Below are positions 57,540 through 64,000 of a stretch of DNA of 64,000 nt, in pieces. How positions within the stretch are numbered: position 1 is the stretch's first letter; every line of letters starts with the position of its first letter. Origin of the DNA: Pseudomonadota bacterium. Lineage in GTDB: Bacteria; Pseudomonadota; Gammaproteobacteria; Xanthomonadales; Xanthomonadaceae. The notes beneath the pieces were generated by a model that made no database searches, had not been told where the DNA came from, and saw only the letters and a program-made list of their open reading frames with translations. The stretch covers positions 35,044-99,043 of the forward strand of contig JAFEBW010000050.1 in assembly GCA_018242445.1 (NCBI GenBank). The letters are read 5' to 3'. The position numbers were made by a program, and so were the translations under genes.

Positions 57540-58415
57540 TCAGGCCCTGGCCACCGGCCGCGCGGGGTCTTCGATCCAGCCGCTCCACGAATCGGCATAC
57601 AACCGTGCGCCGTGGAGCCCGGCATGCTCCATCGCCAGCAGGTTGTGGCAGGCGGTGATGCCCGAGCCGCACATCGCCACGACCTGCGAGGGTTCGCGCG
57701 CGCCGAGCAATTCGCGGAACGACGCAGCCAGTTCGGATGGCGAGCGAAAGCGGCCGTCCGCCTGCAGGTTCATCGACAGCGGACGGTTCACCGCGCCGGG
57801 CACGTGGCCGGCGACGCGATCGATCGGTTCGACCTCGCCGCGGAAACGTTCCGCCGCGCGCGCATCCACCAGCAAGGGCGCGCCGGGGCGGCCCGGATCG
57901 AGCAGCGCATCGGCATCGACCAGCCGCGCCACGTCGTAGTGCGCCACGTACCGCGACTCCTGCGGCGTCGCCGCACTGGCGTCGGTCGGCAGGTGCAGGT
58001 CGCGCCAGCGGGCGAAACCGCCATCGAGCACGGCGACGTAGCGATGGCCGAGCAGGCGCAGCATGAACCACGCCCGCGCAGCGGCCATCGCGCCATCGCG
58101 GGCGTCGTACACCACCACCTGGTGCTCGGGGGTGATGCCCCACAGCTCCAGCCAGCGGCAGAAGCTGTCCGCATTCGGCAACGGATGGCGGCCGCGGCCC
58201 TTGCGCGACAGATCCGACAAGTCGCGTTCGAGGCTGGCATGCACCGCGCCGGGGATGTGCGCGGCGGCATAGTCGCGATGGCCCTGCAGCGGGTCGGACA
58301 GCCCGGCGCGGGCGTCGATGATCGCCAGCCCAGGCTGGCCGAGCGCGGTCACCAGCGCTTCGGCGGAAACCAGAGTGGTCCAGTGCATCGGTTCGAGCAC
58401 GACCCAGTCGTTCAT
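57540..58415 (-). CDS. sseA: 3-mercaptopyruvate/thiosulfate sulfurtransferase (tandem rhodanese)
   Basis: It has two rhodanese domains and the active-site loop CGSGITAC. The start overlaps the upstream stop (ATGA). Confidence 0.85.
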   Translation of the reverse strand: MNDWVVLEPMHWTTLVSAEALVTALGQPGLAIIDARAGLSDPLQGHRDYAAAHIPGAVHASLERDLSDLSRKGRGRHPLPNADSFCRWLELWGITPEHQVVVYDARDGAMAAARAWFMLRLLGHRYVAVLDGGFARWRDLHLPTDASAATPQESRYVAHYDVARLVDADALLDPGRPGAPLLVDARAAERFRGEVEPIDRVAGHVPGAVNRPLSMNLQADGRFRSPSELAASFRELLGAREPSQVVAMCGSGITACHNLLAMEHAGLHGARLYADSWSGWIEDPARPVARA

Positions 58416-59218
58416 CGCACGGCCTCCAGACGCTCGCGCAGATTCACCAGCATCGCGGCGGTGGCGCCCCAGATGCGATGCCGTCCGTACCGGCACTCAT
58501 GGTAACGCCGTTGGCGGCCGGCGAATTCGCGCTCCACGAGCTGGATATTGTCCGCATTCAGGAGGAAGTCCAGCGGCACCTCGAAGGCATCGGCGACCTC
58601 GCGCGCATTAAGCCGCAGCATGTAATCGGGCGATACCCGCGCGACCACGGGCAGCACGTGGTAGCTGCTGATGGTGTCGAATGGATCGAGGTAGCCCAAC
58701 GGCGCGACCCACGCCGCGGCCAGACCGATTTCCTCACGCGCCTCGCGCAGCGCGGCGGCGACCGGATCGGCATCGCCCGCCTCCATGCGCCCGCCGGGGA
58801 AACTCACCTGCCCCGCATGCTGGCGCAGCTCGGCGGTGCGCAAGGTCAGCAGCACCTGCCAGCCGGCACCGCGCGGCACCAGCCCGACCAGCACCGCCGC
58901 GGGCGTCAGTGGATCGGCCAGCAGGTCCTCGATCCCGGCGCGGTTCCAGCCCGGGGCGGTCGGCGTCGCCGCCAGCGGGTGCAGCGCACGCACGACGGCG
59001 TCCAGTTCCGCCTCGCGATGCGCGGCCTGCGCCTGCGCACGCGCGGGAAGCACGACCTCCATGCAATGCCGGCGCGCGGCGTCGTCCATGCCCAGCCACG
59101 CCGCGATTTCCTCGCCGCTGCGCTGGCAACCTTCGCAATACCCGCGCGCATCCAGCCTGCACGTGCCGATGCACGGGCTGGGCACGGCGCGCGTGGACGG
59201 TTCGACGGGCGTGTTCAT
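58412..59218 (-). CDS. CoA pyrophosphatase-type Nudix hydrolase fused to an N-terminal DUF1289 Cys-rich domain
   Basis: The N-terminus PCIGTCRLDARGYCEGCQRSGEEIAAW is DUF1289-like. The Nudix box is GGRMEAGDADPVAAALREAREEIGL. Confidence 0.8.
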   Translation of the reverse strand: MNTPVEPSTRAVPSPCIGTCRLDARGYCEGCQRSGEEIAAWLGMDDAARRHCMEVVLPARAQAQAAHREAELDAVVRALHPLAATPTAPGWNRAGIEDLLADPLTPAAVLVGLVPRGAGWQVLLTLRTAELRQHAGQVSFPGGRMEAGDADPVAAALREAREEIGLAAAWVAPLGYLDPFDTISSYHVLPVVARVSPDYMLRLNAREVADAFEVPLDFLLNADNIQLVEREFAGRQRRYHECRYGRHRIWGATAAMLVNLRERLEAVR

Positions 59219-59249
59219 GGCAGGGCGCTGCGTGTGCGGAGGCGCCCGC

Positions 59250-59936
59250 TTACTTGAGCACCTCGACCATCTTGATGTCCATCAGCAGCGCCTGGTTGGG
59301 CCCCACCGGCGAGCCGGGGCCGGCGCCGTAGGCTTGATCGGGCGGCAACAGCACTTCCCAGTGCGAGCCCTGGCGCATCATCGGCAGGATCTGGCGCACC
59401 CCGGCCAGCGGCGATTCGTTGATGACGATGGATGTCGGCTGCGGATTGGGCGTGTTGTAGCTGCTGACGAATTCCTGCCCGGTGGCCACCGTCACCTTGT
59501 ACAGGATGCGCGCCTTGCCATCGGGACGCGGGCTGGGCCCGTTGCCTTCCTGGATGACCCGGTACTGCACGCCGCTGGGCAACACTTTCACCCCGGCCTT
59601 GATGCGATTTTTCGCCAACAGCGCGTCGCTGGCCGCCTTGTTCTCGGCGGACGCCTTGTCGAACTCGGCTTTGGCCTGCGCGTACAGTTTCTGCTTGAGC
59701 GCGTGCAGCATCTGCCCGATCTGCTGCGGCGGCAGCGCGGGATTCTTGTGCGCCATGCCGTCCTGCACCGCGCGCAGCACGATCGCCGGATCGACATCGA
59801 GCTTGTTGTCGGCCACGCTGCGGCCAAAATCGTAGCCGACCGCGTAGCTGAGCTTGTCCTTGTCCGACGTCATCTGCTGCGCGCCGGCCAACGGGCTCAC
59901 GCAAACCAGCGCCAGAATCAGCCACCGCATCTTCAT
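59250..59936 (-). CDS. FKBP-type peptidyl-prolyl cis-trans isomerase (FkpA/Mip-like, periplasmic)
   Basis: It has a signal peptide, an N-terminal dimerisation helix region, and a C-terminal FKBP domain (GSHWEVLLPPDQAYG). Confidence 0.88.
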   Translation of the reverse strand: MKMRWLILALVCVSPLAGAQQMTSDKDKLSYAVGYDFGRSVADNKLDVDPAIVLRAVQDGMAHKNPALPPQQIGQMLHALKQKLYAQAKAEFDKASAENKAASDALLAKNRIKAGVKVLPSGVQYRVIQEGNGPSPRPDGKARILYKVTVATGQEFVSSYNTPNPQPTSIVINESPLAGVRQILPMMRQGSHWEVLLPPDQAYGAGPGSPVGPNQALLMDIKMVEVLK

Positions 59937-60106
59937 CCGCTTCTCCACGATTCGCCGCATCGCCACGACGGCTCCGCCACGACGGGCGTCGCGGTCGCGG
60001 CCGCGACGGGCTAGGATAGCCGCCGCCCCGTCGGGACGCCACACGACTCGACCACGCCACCGCGCGGGAGTTCCGTGCGGCCCGCATTCCTTGCCCGAGT
60101 AAGCCC

Positions 60107-60901
60107 ATGTCCACAGCCGCAGCCTTCCAGCACCTGCTGATCGAGGATCGCGATGCCGTCCGCATCGTCACCATCAACCGCCCCGACAAGCTCAACGCGC
60201 TCAATCGCGAGGTGCTGACGGAATTGCGCGACGTCTTCCGCGCCATCGCCGAAGATCCATCGGTGCGCGTGGCGGTGTTGCGCGGCGCGGGCGAGAAGGC
60301 CTTCGTGGCCGGCGCCGACATCGCCGAACTGGCCGCGCTGAGCCCGACCCAGGCGCGCGATTTCTCGCAACACGGGCAGCGCATGATGCGCGGCATCGAA
60401 CTGCTCGGCAAACCCGTCATCGCGATGATCCGCGGGTATGCGTTGGGCGGCGGCATGGAGCTGGCGATGAGTTGCCACCTGCGCATCGCCGCCGACAACG
60501 CCAAAGTGGGCCAGCCGGAAATCAACCTCGGCGTGCTGCCCGGCTTCGGCGGCACCCAGCGCCTGCTGCGGCTGGCCGGGCGCGGGGCGACCCTGGAGCT
60601 GTGCCTGACCGGCGCGCCGATCAACGCGCAGCGCGCCTTCGAGCTGGGCTTGCTCAACCGCATCGTGCCCGCCGAACAACTCGAAGACGCGACCCTCGCC
60701 CTGGCCGCGCAATTGGCCGCTGCCGCGCCGCAGGCCCTGCGCGGCATCCTCGACGCGGTGCAGATCGGCGGCGAGTGCGGCATCGATGCGGGGCTGGAGT
60801 TCGAGACGCAGGCGTTCGCGGTGTGCACCTCCACGAACGACATGCGCGAGGGCACGAAAGCCTTCCTCGAACGCCGCAAGCCGGTGTTCCGCGGCGATTG
60901 A
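60107..60901 (+). CDS. enoyl-CoA hydratase/isomerase family protein
   Basis: ITINRPDKLNAL...FVAGADI...GYALGGGMELAMSCHLRIA. Confidence 0.9.
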   Translation: MSTAAAFQHLLIEDRDAVRIVTINRPDKLNALNREVLTELRDVFRAIAEDPSVRVAVLRGAGEKAFVAGADIAELAALSPTQARDFSQHGQRMMRGIELLGKPVIAMIRGYALGGGMELAMSCHLRIAADNAKVGQPEINLGVLPGFGGTQRLLRLAGRGATLELCLTGAPINAQRAFELGLLNRIVPAEQLEDATLALAAQLAAAAPQALRGILDAVQIGGECGIDAGLEFETQAFAVCTSTNDMREGTKAFLERRKPVFRGD

Positions 60902-60904
60902 TCC

Positions 60905-61345
60905 ATGGCGATCGCGCACGCCCCGCAGGAGCAGCCCTGCATCCGCTGCGGCGATTGCGCGGCGGTGTGCCCGGAGCAACTGCAACCGCAGCGGCTGCTG
61001 TTGCACTTGCGCGATGAACGATGGGCGCAAGCCGAGCACGAGGGTTTGCAGGACTGCACCGCATGCGGCCGCTGCGATGCGGTCTGCCCGAGCATCATCC
61101 CGTTGTCGCAACATTTCCGGCAGGCCAAGGCGCAGATCGCCGAAACCGCCACGCGCCGCACCCGCGCCCTGGCCGCTCGCGAACGCTACCGTTCCCGACA
61201 GGCGCGGTTGAGCCGCAACGAGGAAGCGCGCGAGGAGCGCATCGTCACGCAGACCGCGAACGCCGCCAGCGCCGACGCCGTGGCCGCCGCGATCGCGCGC
61301 GCGCAGGCCAAGCGCGCAGCGCGGACGCATCCGCCGAAGGCATGA
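60905..61345 (+). CDS. RnfC C-terminal-like 2x[4Fe-4S] ferredoxin fragment protein
   Basis: It has CIRCGDCAAVCP and CTACGRCDAVCP clusters followed by a basic tail. The NADH/FMN-binding N-terminal part of RnfC is absent. Confidence 0.7.
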   Translation: MAIAHAPQEQPCIRCGDCAAVCPEQLQPQRLLLHLRDERWAQAEHEGLQDCTACGRCDAVCPSIIPLSQHFRQAKAQIAETATRRTRALAARERYRSRQARLSRNEEAREERIVTQTANAASADAVAAAIARAQAKRAARTHPPKA

Positions 61346-62193
61346 ACACGCCCGATCCGTCGGCGGAAACCGCAAAGCCCCTGCGCCCCACGCCCGATCT
61401 GCAAGCGCGCGCGGATACCGCCACGTTCGCCCTGCTGCCCGTGCTCGCGGCGCTGGCATGGCTCACCCGCAGCCCGGCATGGAGCATCGCTGCCGGGCTG
61501 GCGTTAATCGCGCCGATCCTGCGCCGATGGCTGGATCGAAACCGCAACACGGCCGTGTGGCGAATCGTGCCGAATCTGCTCCTGATCGCGGTGTGGCTGC
61601 CCGTCGATGCGATGCCTGCGCGCATCGCGGCGATGGCGGGTTACCTCGTGTTGTGCGCGCTTTGGCGCGACCGCGATGCCGCCAACCCTTTCCATCCGGC
61701 GATGATCGCCATCGCGGTTGTGTTGCTGGCATGGCCGGCGACGCCCGCCGCCATGCCGCCGGATCACGCCCTCGTGCTGGCCGCCTCCGCAGCTCTGGGC
61801 GGACTGTTCCTGCTGCTGCGTGGCGCGATCCGCTGGCAGGCGCCGACCGGGATGCTGGCCGGGGCGGCCATCGCCATCATGGGCGGATTACTGTGGATGC
61901 CTGCACTCAACGCCGACCCCATGCTGCCGGCCCTGCTGCCATCACTCGTCCTCACCGCGCTCTTCATCGCCGACGACCCGCCCCGCACCTGCATGCAGCC
62001 GCGTGCGCGCGGCCTGCTCGGCGCACTGATCGGATTGCTGGCGATGGCCGCGATGCTGGTTTTGCATGCAACGCAACGCGACGCGCACATGTTGCCGACG
62101 CTCGCCGGCATGGTGTTGCTGGGCAATGCCGCCGCGCCCACGTTCGACCGCCGGTTCACCACACCGCGCAAGCCACGCCCAACCACGCCATGA
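61342..62193 (+). CDS. RnfD/NqrB-like integral membrane protein (short)
   Basis: It has NPFHPAMIAI, LFIADDP and LLGNAAAPTFD, which resemble RnfD motifs. There are ATGA overlaps with both neighbours. Confidence 0.65.
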   Translation: MNTPDPSAETAKPLRPTPDLQARADTATFALLPVLAALAWLTRSPAWSIAAGLALIAPILRRWLDRNRNTAVWRIVPNLLLIAVWLPVDAMPARIAAMAGYLVLCALWRDRDAANPFHPAMIAIAVVLLAWPATPAAMPPDHALVLAASAALGGLFLLLRGAIRWQAPTGMLAGAAIAIMGGLLWMPALNADPMLPALLPSLVLTALFIADDPPRTCMQPRARGLLGALIGLLAMAAMLVLHATQRDAHMLPTLAGMVLLGNAAAPTFDRRFTTPRKPRPTTP

Positions 62194-62831
62194 AACCCGC
62201 CGACCGCATCGAACTGTTCACCCGCCTGCGCGAGCTGAACCCACACCCGCGCACCGAACTGGTGTACACCACGCCCTTCGAATTGCTGGTCGCGGTGATG
62301 CTTTCCGCGCAAGCCACCGATGTCGGCGTCAACAAGGCCACCCGGCACCTGTTCAAGGCTGCGAACACGCCGCATGCCATGCTCGATCTGGGCGAGGACG
62401 AACTCAAATCGCACATCGCCACGATTGGTTTGTTCAACGCCAAGGCGCGGCACATCATCGCCACCTGCCAGTTACTGATCGCACATCACAATGGACAAGT
62501 GCCGGCCGATCGCGCGGCGCTGCAAGCCCTGCCCGGCGTGGGGCGCAAGACCGCCAACGTGATGCTCAACGTGGCCTTCGGCGAGCCGACTATCGCGGTG
62601 GACACGCACATCTTCCGGGTCGCCAATCGCACCGGACTGGCCACCGGAAAAAACGTCGCCAGCGTCGAACGCAAACTGGAGAAGAACGTGCCGGCGCAGT
62701 TCCGCCAGCACGCCCACCACTGGCTGATCCTGCACGGCCGCTACGTGTGCAAGGCGCGCAAGCCGCTGTGCCCGAGCTGCGCGATCCGCGACCTGTGCGC
62801 GTACAAGCACAAGACCGTCGATGCAGATTGA
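62190..62831 (+). CDS. nth: endonuclease III
   Basis: It has HhH-GPD (LPGVGRKTANV), the catalytic VDTH, and the FeS cluster loop C..ARKPLCPSCAIRDLC. Confidence 0.95.
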   Translation: MKPADRIELFTRLRELNPHPRTELVYTTPFELLVAVMLSAQATDVGVNKATRHLFKAANTPHAMLDLGEDELKSHIATIGLFNAKARHIIATCQLLIAHHNGQVPADRAALQALPGVGRKTANVMLNVAFGEPTIAVDTHIFRVANRTGLATGKNVASVERKLEKNVPAQFRQHAHHWLILHGRYVCKARKPLCPSCAIRDLCAYKHKTVDAD

Positions 62832-62833
62832 TG

Positions 62834-62926
62834 GCAACAACTTGTCCCCGCCTCGTACCACCGGTCAGCCTGCTTGAGCCCCTTCCCCCGCATGCGGGGG
62901 AAGGCTGGGATGGGGGGAGTTGTTGT
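62834..62926. repeat. compound REP-like palindrome (perfect 24-nt CCTTCCCCCGCATGCGGGGGAAGG nested in CAACAACT/AGTTGTTG arms)
   Basis: Read directly. It lies in a convergent intergenic region, and its core is related to 1041-1064. Confidence 0.65.
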
Positions 62927-62979
62927 CGTACATCCTCAAACCGGGCAGATCACATCCGTTGCCCCATCTCCGTTTTTGA

Positions 62980-64000
62980 TCAGAACGCGATGTCGCCGAA
63001 CATCCCGACCTCGCGCGTTTTCTGGGTGTTGGTCGCGCTGCCCAGATCGTCGTTCTTGAACACCAGCGCCAGCTTCACGCCACGGCGCACATCCCACTGC
63101 GCGCCGAGGTTGTAGTAGCGATCGCGCAGGGTCGGGTTCAGATCCTTGCTCGGATCGACGCGATCGTAGCGGGCGAACACCGACCATGCCGGTGCGAACC
63201 CGTAGCTGCCCCACAGCGAGTAGCCGCTGGCGCGGTCGCGCATCGGCGTCAGCACGGTGTTCCAGTTGCTTGCGGTGAAATACTCCGCGCCCAGGCGCGT
63301 GTTGCCGTTGGCCCACGCGATCACGGCATCCGCGCGGCTGGCGGTGTGGATGGCCTGGTTCGCCTGCGTGTGCTGCCCGCGATCGCCGCTGTAGCCGCCC
63401 ACCGCGATGGTCAGGTGGTCGATCGGCGAAAAGCCCAGCCGCCCTTCGAAGTCCATGCCCTTGCTGCGCGTCGGGTTCTTGTAGCCGCCGCCGTTCACCA
63501 TCGTGGCTGCGTAATCGAGCCGTCGGTCGCCGAACACGCCGTTCGCGCCCACGCCCCAGTCGGCGGAATTGCCCATCTTCATCCGATCGACGAGGGTGTT
63601 CTCCACGTAGCGGTAGCCGTACAAGCCTTCCACATACGGAATCCACGGCATCGGCACCGCACCGGCGCGGAACGCGAAGGCGTCGATGAACCTGCCTTGC
63701 AGGTAAAGGTTCTTGATGAACAACTGCGTTTGCCCGGTCGCCGCGACGTAATTGAAATCGGTGGTCAGGCTGGCCGACCAGGTGTCGTCGAAGCGATGGC
63801 TGACGGTGAGGTAGCCGCGCTTGACGTCGAGCCCGTAGCCGCTGGCCGCTGTCGCCCCGCCGTTCTTCGTCTGCTGGATGTTGCTGATATCGACGAACAC
63901 GCGCCCGCCGATGCTGGTGTCGTTGACGACCTTCTCCAGCATGTCGGTTTTTTTCGCGCCGGCCTGCAAATCCTCGACCGTGTGCGCGGTCTGCACGTTG
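62980..64000 (-). CDS. outer-membrane porin (beta-barrel), N-terminus outside the window
   Basis: It has alternating amphipathic strands, Tyr/Gly-rich turns and a C-terminal ...GMFGDIAF. The ORF is open to the window edge. Confidence 0.7.
   Translation of the reverse strand, partial: NVQTAHTVEDLQAGAKKTDMLEKVVNDTSIGGRVFVDISNIQQTKNGGATAASGYGLDVKRGYLTVSHRFDDTWSASLTTDFNYVAATGQTQLFIKNLYLQGRFIDAFAFRAGAVPMPWIPYVEGLYGYRYVENTLVDRMKMGNSADWGVGANGVFGDRRLDYAATMVNGGGYKNPTRSKGMDFEGRLGFSPIDHLTIAVGGYSGDRGQHTQANQAIHTASRADAVIAWANGNTRLGAEYFTASNWNTVLTPMRDRASGYSLWGSYGFAPAWSVFARYDRVDPSKDLNPTLRDRYYNLGAQWDVRRGVKLALVFKNDDLGSATNTQKTREVGMFGDIAF

Overview
High-GC (hand counts around 65-70% in core genes) chromosomal window with Xanthomonadales-like gene content: Clp/CRP regulator, trpGDC, rpsU-dnaG, tsaD-folBK, an aa3 cytochrome c oxidase biogenesis cluster, putA and gpmI-envC-ctpA. 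Coding density is very high. Most long ORFs in the six-frame track are shadow ORFs of real genes on the other strand or in another frame. The main accessory region is a 12.8 kb co-directional gene string (4328-17130) upstream of trpG. It contains an HTH protein, an SNF2-type helicase, a four-helix-bundle (23S rRNA IVS-type) protein, DUF4391, DUF2130, a Type III-like Mod methyltransferase, an AlbA_2/ATPase protein and a Type III-like Res helicase-nuclease. No integrase, transposase or tRNA is present. Only Mod and Res form a textbook pair, and I cannot match the full gene set to a named defence system. A second, less expected signal is a family of inverted arrays of tandem heptamers, with the purine-rich arm 5' and the pyrimidine-rich arm 3' relative to transcription. 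One copy carries the four-helix-bundle gene exactly at the helicase/DUF4391 junction. Two cargo-less copies sit in frame inside mod and res. Two GGGAATN-type copies sit at the trpG/trpD and tsaD/folB junctions, where they encode the C-terminal tail of the upstream gene and end a few nt before the downstream ATG. Other notable items are a Res ORF whose conserved MKLKF-type start reads ATA, a low-GC central block in mod, a HigB/HigA-like TA pair between cca and ctaB, a subclass B3 metallo-beta-lactamase, a relic rnfC/rnfD-nth arrangement, and a small 39-aa cox ORF missing from the ORF track. All family assignments come from reading the translated sequences and have not been checked against any database.
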